Shown here: piece after piece, positions 1-11,179 of the stretch | Position numbering within the stretch: position 1 is the first letter of the stretch | Layout: each line of letters opens with the position of its first letter | Notes under the pieces: model-generated | Told to the model about the DNA's origin: nothing | Seen by the model: the letters and a program-made list of their open reading frames with translations, nothing else | Database searches by the model: none | Assembly (NCBI GenBank): GCA_963754875.1 | Contig: CAVWHO010000010.1 | Location: forward strand, 192,001-256,000 | Source of the DNA: Nitrospirota bacterium | GTDB lineage: Bacteria; Nitrospirota; UBA9217 | Reading direction: 5' to 3' | DNA length: 64,000 nt | Made by a program: the position numbers and the translations under genes

Positions 1-2
1 CC

Positions 3-236
3 GACATTTATGCACAGGTCACTTTCAGTGTCAGAGAAGAGGAAGCGAAAACGCTTACCGACATCGTCCTTCGCAGGATGCATATCGGTTTGACAGCCTC
101 CCGTGGCGCTAATGAGGCGGAGAAGATCGCAGGGATAGCGGGCGCGGAACTCGGATGGAATGAGGATGAAAAACATCACAACGTAGCGGATTTTATCAAA
201 GCACTTGCCAGAGAAACAGCATGTCTCATTTCATGA
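3..236 (+). CDS. glpD: 3' end of FAD-dependent glycerol-3-phosphate dehydrogenase/oxidase (partial)
   Basis: Manual translation DIYAQVTFSVREEEAKTLTDIVLRRMHIG...IAGAELGWNEDE...* resembles the GlpD C-terminal domain; TGA at 234-236. Confidence 0.75.
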   Translation, partial: DIYAQVTFSVREEEAKTLTDIVLRRMHIGLTASRGANEAEKIAGIAGAELGWNEDEKHHNVADFIKALARETACLIS

Positions 237-294
237 CCCGGTAACCTTACGGGCAAGAATACATGATCCGCTTTAATTGCAATAAGGAGGACGT

Positions 295-774
295 ATGGTA
301 AACTGGGCGCATGTGCATCTTATGATCAATCACTTTCCGGTTGTCGGCGTTCTCGGGGCTATTCTTTTGTTTCTCTACGCTCTTGTCAGAAAGAGCGGGG
401 AAATGACAAAGGTGAGTCTCGGCATCTTTGTGCTGATAGCGCTGATTACCATTCCCGTGTTTTTTACCGGCGAAGCCGCGGAGAACATTGTGAAGAAGCT
501 TCCTGGCGTTACGGAGACCTATATCGGACGACATGAAGAATTTGCTGAGTATGCAATCACGGTGATTGAAATTCTCGGTGCGGTAAGTCTTTTAGGCCTT
601 TATTTTATTTTCAGGTCGGGTGCTGTTCCGAAATGGCTGCTCTCGATCGTTCTGCTGTTGTCACTGCTTGCCGCCACCGTCGTCGGGTTTACGGCAAACC
701 TCGGCGGACAGATCCGGCACACGGAAATACGGGAAGGGGCCGGTTACGCGCCTGACTTGCCGCCTGGCAAGTGA
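295..774 (+). CDS. DUF2231-like four-TM membrane protein
   Basis: HxHLMINHFP, TGEAAE, HEEFA and ANLGGQIRH motifs; SD AAGGAGG upstream. Confidence 0.7.
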   Translation: MVNWAHVHLMINHFPVVGVLGAILLFLYALVRKSGEMTKVSLGIFVLIALITIPVFFTGEAAENIVKKLPGVTETYIGRHEEFAEYAITVIEILGAVSLLGLYFIFRSGAVPKWLLSIVLLLSLLAATVVGFTANLGGQIRHTEIREGAGYAPDLPPGK

Positions 775-863
775 CTCTGAGTAGGGAAAAGAATTGCTGC
801 AGGTTCAGGCTAAAACCAATCGAAGATTATGATCTCAGATCGGCAGGGCGGGAAAATACTGAA

Positions 864-902
864 GTCAGAGGACAGAAAATCATTCCCAGTCTGTCCTCTG
901 AC
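864..902. terminator. 13-bp perfect inverted repeat between convergent genes (possible bidirectional terminator; arms built from heptamer units)
   Basis: GTCAGAGGACAGA (864-876) / TCTGTCCTCTGAC (890-902). Confidence 0.55.
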
Positions 903-914
903 CCAAAAGCAGCG

Positions 915-2093
915 CTATTTGGGCGTAACCTGAAGCTCAAGCGCATTGGCGGTTGAGCCGGTCACTTCCACGGTAAAAGAACCGAAATCCTTCAGCACAA
1001 GCTCATCGGAAAGGGTCTGGGCGCTGTTTTTCGAGTCCACGGAGATTTTTGCCACTGTCCCGTTAAAGCTCCGCTCGTGCAGGTCTTTGATTCCCCGTAC
1101 CTGGTTCCTGAGCACGTCTTTGAACTTGACGAACTGGGTCTTATTCAAACCCGAGATGGTGATATTGACCGATCGTGTGCTGCCGGCCTCTTTTGAATAG
1201 ACAGCCAGTATTTTTTCCATCATCTGGTCTGCTGCGGACGAGGCGGCCTTCCTGAGCGCTTCGATCCCGGCAGTTTCCGGCGTGATGTGCACGGCCGCTG
1301 CGTGCGTCGTGACCGCCGCAATGACCTGGCCGGTATCTGTGCGGATCGCTTTTGCTGAAAGGTCCGCCTGTACCGACTTCATGCCTCCGCCGATGTCGCC
1401 GTACAGTTTGGCAAGCGCCTTGCCCGTTATGACAACCTCGGCATCCACCTGGCTTCCCAGAGTTTTTGCCTGAGTGGCGGTCAGGTCCTGTACCTTGTAT
1501 GCAGATGTCACCCGGAATTCTTTCGCGGCCGTTGCATGGTCGATGAATTCAAATCCTTTTTGTGTAAAAACATCGATGAAGGTGTTTTCCACGACACCTA
1601 TGTCGGTTTGCTCCCCCTGATAACCCCACCACCAGGCATACCATTCGTGCCCGATGTTCTGCTCGGCGATCATGACGATCGTCCGTGGTTTGTGCATCTG
1701 GCCGAGCAGGATCCCGATTCCCGAGAGGTCGTCGGTAAGTTGTCCCAGGGAGACCTCGGCGTTAATCGTTACGCGAAGCAGTCCGCTGTCCACGGTCTCG
1801 CCCGCGACGTTATACCGTTTGATGTATCCCTTGGTCTGCGAAAGGATCTTGTCGCTGATGAGCTGGTAGTTTTCCACCTGGGTCTGCGAGTCGATCAGGA
1901 TGCCGATTGCCTGTTCCACTGCCCGTTTCTGAGCATCTTCAATCGCCGCGTCCCGGGCGATATCGCGCGCATTGCCCTGGATGGCTGCCACGCCTTCGGC
2001 AGTGACCATTTTGGAGTCCTGTGCCCAGGTTGAAAAAGCCGAAACTGTCACGAGGAGAAATGCCAAGCTGAATATTCTCAGGGGACGAACCAT
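915..2093 (-). CDS. Exported FlgT N-terminal-domain-like protein
   Basis: Signal peptide; VTAEGVAAI...ARDAAIEDAQKRAVEQAIG..IDSQT.VENY pattern typical of FlgT_N/LPP20-like proteins. Confidence 0.65.
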   Translation of the reverse strand: MVRPLRIFSLAFLLVTVSAFSTWAQDSKMVTAEGVAAIQGNARDIARDAAIEDAQKRAVEQAIGILIDSQTQVENYQLISDKILSQTKGYIKRYNVAGETVDSGLLRVTINAEVSLGQLTDDLSGIGILLGQMHKPRTIVMIAEQNIGHEWYAWWWGYQGEQTDIGVVENTFIDVFTQKGFEFIDHATAAKEFRVTSAYKVQDLTATQAKTLGSQVDAEVVITGKALAKLYGDIGGGMKSVQADLSAKAIRTDTGQVIAAVTTHAAAVHITPETAGIEALRKAASSAADQMMEKILAVYSKEAGSTRSVNITISGLNKTQFVKFKDVLRNQVRGIKDLHERSFNGTVAKISVDSKNSAQTLSDELVLKDFGSFTVEVTGSTANALELQVTPK

Positions 2094-2389
2094 GTTTCCA
2101 CCTCCGCGAAGAATGTAAGAACGATGGAGAAATAATACCAGAGGTCGCGACGTTGGTCAACCGAGAAACACAGTCGTCGTAAAACCCTCCGGACCGCAAT
2201 GATGAGGGGGGTGACAACGTTACCCTTCTTCAGCGGAGGGAAATGCCGCGCCTACGTTCCCGGTAATACCGGAGCTCCCGCAGTTTGAGAGTTGGTATGA
2301 ACCTCGGGGATAAATTTTCTGGATATTTTGACGGATAGATGATAGAATTTAATTCACCATTAAACGAGAACGTGAGGAGGAATAGCTGC

Positions 2390-3108
2390 GTGCCGAAGTT
2401 GTCCGTGAACATTGACCATATCGCAACGATACGACAGGCAAGACAGGGAACAGAACCTGATCCGGTTGCTGCTGCCGTTCTCGCTGAATTGGCTGGTGCA
2501 GAGGGGATCATTGCCCATCTTCGGGAAGACCGCAGGCATGTGCAGGACCGCGACCTGCGCCTGCTGCGCAAGATTGTTCAGACCAAATTGAACATGGAGA
2601 TGGCCGCGACCGAAGAGATGCAGCGGATAGCCCTCGAAGTCAAGCCGGATTTTTCCACGCTGGTGCCGGAAAAACGTGAAGAACTGACGACCGAAGGAGG
2701 TCTTGAGGTCGCGTTGCGCATCGATTTTCTGAAATCCTACGTTGCACGGCTGCAGCAGGGAGGGATCATCGTCAGCCTCTTCGTCGACCCCGATGAAAAG
2801 CAGATCGCAGCCTCCAAAAAAACCGGCGCCGACTGGGTGGAACTGCATACGGGGACCTACGCGAACGCGAAGACCGAGAAAGACCGTCATCGCGAGTTCG
2901 TCAAAATCGACCGAGGCCGCAAAACTGGCAGCAAGTCTGGGGCTTCGCGTCGGGGCGGGACATGGACTGAATTACGTGAACGTCGGGAACATAGCGCCGC
3001 ATTCCGGAGGTGTCGGAGTTGAACATCGGTCACAGCATCATCTCACGGGCGGCGCTCGTGGGTATGGACCGTGCGGTCAGGGAAATGAATCGATTGGTTA
3101 AGGCATAG
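2390..3108 (+). CDS. pdxJ: Pyridoxine 5'-phosphate synthase (two apparent frameshifts, ~2910 and ~3010)
   Basis: [28 protein letters not shown] and AGHGLNY motifs across frames; GTG start after GAGGAGG. Confidence 0.93.
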
Positions 3109-3148
3109 GATTGTATTCTTATTCGTGGTGAACCGGGCGGGGAAAGGC

Positions 3149-3553
3149 ATGATCGTTGGTATCGGTGTTGATCTGGTCAAGATCGATCGGATCGACAAGG
3201 CGGGAAAAAACCATGAAGGATTTTTGGAACGTTTGTTCACGGACCGTGAACGCGAATACTGCTCTCGCCAAAAATTCCCAGCGCAGCATTACGCTGCCAG
3301 GTTCGCCGCAAAAGAGGCCGTGCTCAAGGCCATCGGAACCGGCTGGAGCGCCGGCGTCAAATGGACGGACATGGAAGTGCTCCACGGCGAAGGAGGGGGG
3401 CCGATCGTGAACCTCACCGGCAGGGTCAAGGACCTCATCGACCTTAAAGGAGTCAAACAGATTTTTCTCAGTTATTCCCACGACGATGGATACGCTGTAG
3501 CACAGGTGGTACTCGAAGGAAAACCGCTGATGAGCGGCGCAGACAGTGTTTAG
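3149..3553 (+). CDS. acpS: Holo-ACP synthase
   Basis: IVGIGVDLV, AARFAAKEA, LSYSHD motifs; follows pdxJ. Confidence 0.95.
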   Translation: MIVGIGVDLVKIDRIDKAGKNHEGFLERLFTDREREYCSRQKFPAQHYAARFAAKEAVLKAIGTGWSAGVKWTDMEVLHGEGGGPIVNLTGRVKDLIDLKGVKQIFLSYSHDDGYAVAQVVLEGKPLMSGADSV

Positions 3554-3570
3554 GCCGGCCCGGTAATGCC

Positions 3571-5118
3571 ATGAAAATTGCTACTGTTCAACAAATAAGA
3601 AATATCGACCGCAGGGCGATCAGGGAATTCGAAATTCCCGGTCCGGTCCTGATGGAGAATGCCGCGTCCTCCGTCCTGGCGGAAATGGAAAAATTCTTTG
3701 ACGGACTGGCCGGCGTGCGGGTCGGCATTATCTGCGGCAAGGGAAACAACGGCGGCGACGGGTTCGCTCTTGCGAGAAGGCTCAGGATACGCGGAGTACC
3801 GGTGCGCGTGGCGTTGCTTGCATCGTTCACTGCCGTATCCGGTGAGGCAAAAGTCAACCTCTCCATCCTTCGCAGGATGGATGTGGAAATCACTCAAAAT
3901 GCTTCTGCCCGTTTTGTCGCCGAGGTTTCCACGTGGTCGGATGTCATTGTCGACGCCCTGCTGGGAGTGGGATTGTCGTCGCCGCTCAAAGGCCTCTATG
4001 CGCAGGCCGTGGATACGATCAACGCGTCGGGCAGGCCGGTCGTTGCAATAGATGTCCCGACCGGCATCGATGCAGACACCGGTGCTGTCATGGGAACGGC
4101 GGTCAATGCCGATCTGACCGTGACCATGGCGCTTCTGAAACGTGGACTCGTGCTTTTCCCCGGCGCCCGCCATGCGGGAACGGTGAGGATTGCTGATATC
4201 GGAATTCCTTCAGAAGTCATCGAGAAAGAAAAGATCAACGTAGGCTTGCTGAATAAAGGCGCGCTCCTGGGAATGCTGGGACAGAGAAACCGGGACGCAC
4301 ATAAAGGCGACTTCGGACATCTTCTGGTTGTTGCAGGATCGCCGGGCAAGGCCGGTGCTGCAGCCATGACTGCCAAAAGCGCTCTCCGGACAGGAACAGG
4401 GCTCGTGAGTGTGGGAACGCCGAACGGCCTGGTCCCGATCATCCAGCAGCAGGTGTTTGAATCCATGTGCATTCCTTCGGCGGAGAGCATCGACGGCACG
4501 ATCGGACTCGGGGCTGAAAACGAACTGCTCAAGGTCGCAGCAAAGATGAGCGCATGCGCGATCGGGCCCGGTCTCTCGACACACTATGAAACAGTCCAGA
4601 TGGTGAGGAGCTTTCTGCAGCAAATAACGATCCCCGTTGTTATCGATGCCGATGGTTTGAATGCACTGGCCGGATCTCTTGAGGTGCTCAGGAAGACCAG
4701 GGGGCCGGTCATTATGACGCCTCACCCCGGCGAGATGGCCAGACTGTCGGGCATATCAATATCGGATGTCCAGAAGGACAGGATCGGCATTGCCACGGTT
4801 TTTGCTGCGAAGTACAAGGTAACGCTGGCGCTCAAGGGCGCAGGCACGGTGATCGCGACTCCTGACGGCTTGGTATACATCAATACGACGGGAAACCCCG
4901 GGATGGCCACAGGCGGCACCGGTGACGCGCTTACGGGAATGATCGGCAGCCTCCTTGCCCAGGGGCATGCTTCTCTGCAGGCTGTGTGTCTCGGCGTGTA
5001 TCTTCATGGCCTTGCAGGAGATCTTGCAGCAAAGGAAAAGGGCGAAGCAGGAATGATCGCCGGTGACTTAATCGAAAAGATCCCACAGGCTCTGCGAGAA
5101 ACGATCGAATCATCATAG
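3571..5118 (+). CDS. nnr: Bifunctional NAD(P)H-hydrate epimerase/dehydratase (YjeF)
   Basis: LMENAA, GKGNNGGDG, HKGDFG, TPHPGE, GGTGDAL motifs. Confidence 0.95.
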   Translation: MKIATVQQIRNIDRRAIREFEIPGPVLMENAASSVLAEMEKFFDGLAGVRVGIICGKGNNGGDGFALARRLRIRGVPVRVALLASFTAVSGEAKVNLSILRRMDVEITQNASARFVAEVSTWSDVIVDALLGVGLSSPLKGLYAQAVDTINASGRPVVAIDVPTGIDADTGAVMGTAVNADLTVTMALLKRGLVLFPGARHAGTVRIADIGIPSEVIEKEKINVGLLNKGALLGMLGQRNRDAHKGDFGHLLVVAGSPGKAGAAAMTAKSALRTGTGLVSVGTPNGLVPIIQQQVFESMCIPSAESIDGTIGLGAENELLKVAAKMSACAIGPGLSTHYETVQMVRSFLQQITIPVVIDADGLNALAGSLEVLRKTRGPVIMTPHPGEMARLSGISISDVQKDRIGIATVFAAKYKVTLALKGAGTVIATPDGLVYINTTGNPGMATGGTGDALTGMIGSLLAQGHASLQAVCLGVYLHGLAGDLAAKEKGEAGMIAGDLIEKIPQALRETIESS

Positions 5119-5205
5119 ATATAGACGCTTCTATCAACGTTCTGAAATTCCGTGGCGTTTACCGTGAACATCGGTAGTTAAATTTAATTTATTTGAGAGG
5201 TCCTT

Positions 5206-5664
5206 ATGTTGACCGCGAAAGACATCATGACAAAAAAGGTAATAACCGTTACACCCGACACTACGTTGAAGACGCTCGCCTCCTTACTAGTCAAGAACGA
5301 AATAAGCGGCGTACCTGTCGTCGATGATTCAGGAATGCTTTACGGCATCGTTACCGAGAACGACCTCATCTCGCAGAATAAACGGCTTCATATTCCCACG
5401 GTCGTGAGTTTTCTTGATGCAGCCATCTATCTCGAAAGCTCAAAGAAGTTCGAAGAGCAGGTGAAGCGGTTAACGGCAACAACAGTCAAAGAGATCTGCA
5501 TTCGCAAGGTCACAACGATATCTGAAGATGTATCAGTCGTGGATATCGCCACGATCATGGCCGAGAAGAAAGTTCATCTGCTTCCGGTGGTCAAAGCCGG
5601 CAAAGTCATCGGCATCGTGGGGAAACGCGATATGGTCAAGGCAGTAGCACGACAGGCCGAATAG
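5206..5664 (+). CDS. CBS-domain protein
   Basis: Two CBS repeats (DIMTKKVITV..ISGVPVVD..GIVT; LLPVV..GIVG). Confidence 0.9.
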   Translation: MLTAKDIMTKKVITVTPDTTLKTLASLLVKNEISGVPVVDDSGMLYGIVTENDLISQNKRLHIPTVVSFLDAAIYLESSKKFEEQVKRLTATTVKEICIRKVTTISEDVSVVDIATIMAEKKVHLLPVVKAGKVIGIVGKRDMVKAVARQAE

Positions 5665-6164
5665 TGTTCAGCGTCATCACCACAAACCAGGAACAAACCT
5701 GGAAGATCGGGGAAATGCTGGGCGCACGTCTCGCTGCCGGCGACACCGTCTGCCTCTATGGAGACCTGGGAGCGGGTAAAACGAGCTTTTCTTACGGTAT
5801 CGCACAGGGACTCGAAGTGGAAGAGCAATACATCACCAGCCCGACGTTCACCTTCGTGAATGAATACCAGGGCAGGGTCCCGTTTTACCACATTGATCTT
5901 TACCGCCTGTCGGATCCCGACGAGCTGCACAACATCGGTTTCGAAGAGTATCTTGATTCCGACGGGGTAACGGTGATCGAGTGGGCTGAGCGGGCAGAGG
6001 ACGAACTCCCGGCAGAATGCTTAAGCGTCTATCTTTCTTATGTGAATGATCACAGCCGGGAGATAGGCTTCTTGGCGGAAGGCGAGCGGTACCAGAAACT
6101 ACTGGATGCTTTGAGCAAAGAACTGAAGACAGATAAGCCTGATTCCGTGAAACTCAATAGATAA
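5664..6164 (+). CDS. tsaE: tRNA threonylcarbamoyladenosine biosynthesis ATPase
   Basis: GDLGAGKT, SPTF, HIDLYRL, IEWAE motifs. Confidence 0.95.
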   Translation: MFSVITTNQEQTWKIGEMLGARLAAGDTVCLYGDLGAGKTSFSYGIAQGLEVEEQYITSPTFTFVNEYQGRVPFYHIDLYRLSDPDELHNIGFEEYLDSDGVTVIEWAERAEDELPAECLSVYLSYVNDHSREIGFLAEGERYQKLLDALSKELKTDKPDSVKLNR

Positions 6165-6223
6165 GGGAGATATTTTACCCGGGTCTGGGACCGAGTTCGG
6201 TCAGCATTAAATAATTCCGGTGA

Positions 6224-7084
6224 ATGTGCGAAATGAAAAAGATCGGCATCATAGCAAAGGACATCCCGGCGGCCTTGAAGGCCGCGAAGAAGTTAACAGT
6301 TTGGCTTGAATCGCGGGGCAAAAAAGTTTATATCGACAACGAGACCGCCGCGTCTTTAAAAAAGCATGGACATGACCGTGCCGAGCTACCTTCGCTTGTC
6401 GAAATGCTGATCGTGCTCGGCGGTGACGGTACGCTTTTGTCCGCGGCACGGCATGTAGCAGACGCCCATACGAACGTGCCCATATTCGGAGTGAACCTGG
6501 GGAGCCTCGGTTTCATGGCAGAAGTATCTCATGAAGAACTTTACGACAATCTCGAAAAAGCCATGGCCGGAAAGCTCGAAACAGAGGAACGGATGATGCT
6601 CGCCACAACCGTCATCCGGGACGGGAAACGCATAGCGCGATACCGGGTGCTGAACGATGCTGTAATCAACAAAGGCGCTCTTGCGCGAATGATGCAGCTG
6701 AAAATTACGGTAAGCGACGGATACCTGACCACGCTCAGGGCAGACGGTCTTATCGTAGCAACCCCGACCGGGTCTACTGCGTATTCGCTTTCCGCAGGCG
6801 GGCCCATCATCCATCCGATGATCCACTGTTTCGTCGTAACGCCTATTTGTCCCCATACGCTCTCGAACCGGCCTATTGCCTTGCCCGATACCGTCGTTGT
6901 CAGCGTATGCCTTACTTCCCAGAGCGAAGACGTATCCCTCACCTTGGACGGCCAGATCAGCTTTCCGCTCAAGATGAATGATGTCGTGGAGATCAGGCGG
7001 TCCCGGTTCAAGATGAGACTTATTAAACATCCCGCAAAAAGTTATTACGAAATCCTCAGGACAAAGCTTAAGTGGGGGAATTGA
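6224..7084 (+). CDS. nadK: NAD kinase
   Basis: GGDGT, NLGSLGF, DGLIVATPTGSTAYSLSAGGP. Confidence 0.95.
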   Translation: MCEMKKIGIIAKDIPAALKAAKKLTVWLESRGKKVYIDNETAASLKKHGHDRAELPSLVEMLIVLGGDGTLLSAARHVADAHTNVPIFGVNLGSLGFMAEVSHEELYDNLEKAMAGKLETEERMMLATTVIRDGKRIARYRVLNDAVINKGALARMMQLKITVSDGYLTTLRADGLIVATPTGSTAYSLSAGGPIIHPMIHCFVVTPICPHTLSNRPIALPDTVVVSVCLTSQSEDVSLTLDGQISFPLKMNDVVEIRRSRFKMRLIKHPAKSYYEILRTKLKWGN

Positions 7085-7121
7085 TTTCAGGTTCGTAGTG
7101 CGAAGATTGGGTGTGGATCTC

Positions 7122-7923
7122 ATGGATGAAAATCAGCAGGAGCTTCTGGAAATTGTTACGCAGGTCAGGGGGCATCTTGAATATCAGAAAGCTCTTGGCG
7201 TGAAAGCGATCGCAGTACCTTCACTAAAAGTAGACCATAAAATCAGACAGCGCAGCGAAGAACGATGTAATTCCACCTCTGTCACGGTTTGCCGGGGCAG
7301 GAGGTTCAGTAAAACAAGTCCCTTCGTTCGAGACGGGAGGCGAAGGGAAAATCGTAAAGGTTCAACCGTCCCTTGCCTCGATACGCGCGGAACTGGGAGA
7401 TTGTACCCGGTGCAAGCTTTATAAGTGCAGAAAAACCATCGTCTTTGGCGAGGGCAACGAGGGGGCCGACCTCGTTTTCGTAGGAGAAGGTCCTGGCTAC
7501 GAAGAAGACCAGCAGGGAAGGCCTTTTGTCGGGGAAGCCGGACAGTTATTGACCGACATCATCATCAAGGGGATGAAGCTCAAGCGGGAAGATGTGTATA
7601 TCTGCAACGTTGTAAAATGTCGACCACCGGACAATCGTACGCCGGAGCCGGACGAAATATCTTCCTGCGAAACGTTTCTCCGAGAGCAAATCCAGGCGAT
7701 CAAACCAAAGGTGATCGTTACGTTGGGGAACGTCCCTACCCATACACTTCTTAAAACAAAGGACGGGATCACGAAGCTTCGCGGCAAGTGGCGGTCCTTC
7801 GAGGGAATACCGCTCATGCCGACTTTTCACCCCGCTTATCTCCTCAGGAATCCGAAGGACAAAGGACTCGTCTGGGAAGACATTCAGAAGGTCATGACGA
7901 AGCTGGGTATGAACGTGAGGTAG
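7122..7923 (+). CDS. Family-4 uracil-DNA glycosylase (frameshifted)
   Basis: CTRCKL, FVGEGPG, PFVGEAG, NVVKCRPP and TFHPAYLLRNP motifs spread over frames. Confidence 0.88.
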
Positions 7924-7956
7924 GAGTCAGGAGCCGGAAGTCAGGAGTCAGGAACA
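7922..7956 (+). repeat. Heptamer tandem array (AGGAGTC-type) upstream of four-helix-bundle gene
   Basis: AGGAGTC AGGAGCC GGAAGTC AGGAGTC AGGAACA. Confidence 0.85.
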
Positions 7957-7983
7957 GACAAAAGAATGAAAAGCTGGAGGGGC

Positions 7984-8352
7984 ATGAAGAGAACGCCCGC
8001 AAAGTGTTTTGAAGACCTGATTGTCTGGCAGAAGGCACACCAGTTTGTCTTGTCTGTTTACCGCATCAGTAACGAACTCCCACGCGATGAGATTTACGGT
8101 TTGACCTCGCAGCTCAGGCGTGCTGCAGTCTCTATTCCGGCCAACATAGCAGAAGGTTTAAAAAAAAGGAGCAAAGCGGATAAGGCGAGATTTATGAATA
8201 TTTCTCAAGGCTCCCTTGAAGAATGTCGCTACTATTTGATTTTGATTAAAGACTTGCAATATGGTGATAGTTCCGAACTTTTGACCCGACTTGAAGAAGT
8301 AAGTAAAATATTGGACGCGTACACTTCTTCCATTCTGAATCCTGGCTCCTGA
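7984..8352 (+). CDS. Four helix bundle protein (23S rRNA IVP / Avd-like family)
   Basis: FEDLIVWQKA..P.DEIYGLTSQLRRAAVSIPANIAEG..F..ISQGSLEEC signature; SD GGAGG before ATG 7984. Confidence 0.92.
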   Translation: MKRTPAKCFEDLIVWQKAHQFVLSVYRISNELPRDEIYGLTSQLRRAAVSIPANIAEGLKKRSKADKARFMNISQGSLEECRYYLILIKDLQYGDSSELLTRLEEVSKILDAYTSSILNPGS

Positions 8353-8357
8353 CCCCT
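8337..8357 (-). repeat. Inverted heptamer array overlapping the stop codon of the four-helix-bundle gene
   Basis: GAATCCT GGCTCCT GACCCCT are reverse complements of AGGAGTC-type units. Confidence 0.8.
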
Positions 8358-8368
8358 GCACATAAACT

Positions 8369-11049
8369 ATGTCCGACCTAACACCCCTCATGAAACAGTA
8401 CCGCGAGATCAAGCGCCAGCACCTCGATGCGATCCTGCTCTTTCGCATGGGTGACTTCTACGAGATGTTCGATCAGGACGCGGTGACAGCCTCGAAGGTG
8501 CTCGAAATCACGCTTACGGCACGGAACAAGTCCAAAGGCATCGAGACGCCGCTCTGCGGTTTCCCCTATCACGCGGCGGAAGGCTACATTGCGAAGCTCA
8601 TCCGCCGCGGGTTCAAGGTCGCCGTGTGCGAACAGGTCGAGGACCCCAAGCTCGCGAAGGGGATCGTAAAACGTGAGGTCATCCGCGTGGTCACACCGGG
8701 AACGGTGCTGGACTCGAACCTGCTCGACGCAAAGGACAACAACTACCTGGCGGCTCTCTATCCGGCGAAAGAAGGTTTCGGCCTGTCCTTTCTCGATATA
8801 TCAACCGGCGACTTTTCTCTCGCCGAAGTTCAGGGCGCTCATAATTTCGCTGAACTGGATACCATGCTGGCACGGTTCACACCGCGTGAGATTGTCATGC
8901 CGAGAGGATATCAATTGTCACGACGGCCTCTCAACAGTACTTCGCCAATATACGCAGGCGATCAACGCCTATGATGACTGGAATTTTGACCGGCAAACGG
9001 CAATGCGCGCCCTGCTCGACCATTTCAAGACAGCATCTCTTGAAGGTTTCGGCTGCAACGGCATGAAGACCGGCATTTCGGCGGCCGGTGCAGCGCTTCG
9101 GTACATCGAAGAAACGCAGAAGACGGCCCTCACGAACATTCGCACGATCCGCCCGTTCCTGGTCCGCGAATACATGGTCCTCGACGCTCCCTGCCAGCGC
9201 AATCTGGAATTGGCAAAAAATATCTACGACGGGTCGAACCGGGGAACGCTTCTTGCTGTTCTGGATTTCACCGTCACTTCCATGGGAGGCAGAAAACTGC
9301 GCGAATGGCTTTTGAATCCGCTCATGGACGCACGGGAAATAGAGCGGCGGTTCGATGTCGTCGCTGAATTCAAGGACAGCCATCAGCTCCGTTCAGATCT
9401 CAGGACGTCACTGGGCGCTGTGTACGATCTGGAGCGTCTTATCAGCCGTGTATCCCTGAGTGCGTCGAATGCCCGCGATCTGATCGCTCTCAAACAGTCT
9501 TTTCACGCGTTGCCGGCCATCAAAGAGCTGCTTGCCGGTTGTTCTGCCCGGCTTATCTATGATCTGGCAGAGGGATGGGACGATCTCAGGGATGTATCAC
9601 CAGATGATCGATACGGCAATTTACGACGACCCTCCCTATACGCTCCGTGAAGGTAAACTGATCAAAAAAGGATTTAACGCAGAACTCGACGACCTGCGCT
9701 CCATCAGTTCCGAAGGCAAGGGATGGATCGCGGGAATCGAGCTGCGTGAGCGCGAACGCACGGGCATCGGCTCGCTCAAAGTGAGCTATAACAGGGTCTT
9801 CGGATATTACATCGAAATCACCAAGGCGAACCTGGAGAACGTGCCGCTGGATTATATCCGGAAACAGACGCTCGCGAATGCAGAACGGTTCATCACTCCC
9901 GAACTGAAAGAATACGAGGACAAAGTACTTGGAGCCGAGGAAAAGATCCTCGATATGGAGTACCGGCTCTTTCAACAGGTGCGCGAAACAGTCTCCGGCC
10001 AGACCGTTCGCATCCAGGACATGGCGAGAAGGCTTGCTGTCCTGGATTGCCTCTTATCTCTTGCCGAAGCAGCGGCAAAGAACGCCTATACCCGGCCGAC
10101 GGTCCTCGACGACGATACGCTCCGGATCGTCGATGGAAGGCATCCGGTCATCGAGCAGCTCTTTGCCGAAGAACGCTTCATCCCGAATGACACGGTCCTC
10201 GACTGCGAGGAAAACCAGCTCTTGATCATTACGGGCCCGAACATGGCGGGCAAGTCGACCTACATGCGCCAGGTGGCGGTGATCACGCTCATGGCGCAGA
10301 TGGGAAGCTTCGTCCCTGCCAAGGAAGCGCAGATCGGGCTTGTGGACCGTATTTTTACGCGTGTCGGAGCATCGGATTTCATCACCCGCGGACAAAGCAC
10401 GTTCATGGTCGAGATGAACGAAACTGCGAACATCCTGAACAACGCCACGGACAGGAGCCTCATCATCCTTGATGAGATCGGCAGGGGAACGAGCACCTTT
10501 GACGGGATCAGCATTGCCTGGGCAGTGGCGGAATATATCCATACCAAGCTCAGGGCCCGGACGTTGTTCGCCACACACTACCACGAGCTCACCGAACTTG
10601 CCCTGACCATGGACCGGGTGAAAAACTACACCGTGGCCATCAGGGAGTGGAACGACCAGATCATCTTCCTGCGCAAAGTGATCGAGGGTGGAGCGGACAA
10701 ATCCTACGGTATCCAGGTGGCCCGTCTGGCCGGTTTGCCGCAGGCCGTTATCAACCGTGCCAAGGAAGTGCTTGCGAACCTCGAAAAAGCAGAGTTTAAC
10801 GAGATGGGAGAACCCGTAGCCGGATCGAAAATCGAAACACGGGAGCAGGCGACGGGGAGACGGGGGGATAAAAACAAAAACGCCGAAAAAGCTGGCGGCG
10901 CTGAAGCGATCGAGCCCGAGCTCGGGCTCTTTGCGAGCGAAGCAGGCCTGCTCTTCAAGGAGCTTCAGGACCTGAACCTCGACACCATGACGCCGCTCGA
11001 CGCTATGAACAAATTGCACGAGATTAAGAAGAAAGTGAGCGGCGCCTGA
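8369..11049 (+). CDS. mutS: DNA mismatch repair protein MutS (frameshifts ~8920 and ~9600)
   Basis: [42 protein letters not shown] motifs. Confidence 0.96.
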
Positions 11050-11179
11050 CCATACCGGCCGTACAGGAAAAAAGTCTATCAGAGGTTTTTCATGTCAACC
11101 GACCTTTTCATTTTCCCCGTCGAATAAGTCTGAGATTTTGCGGAGCGGGAGACCGCGAGCCTGGATAAACAGTCCGCGC

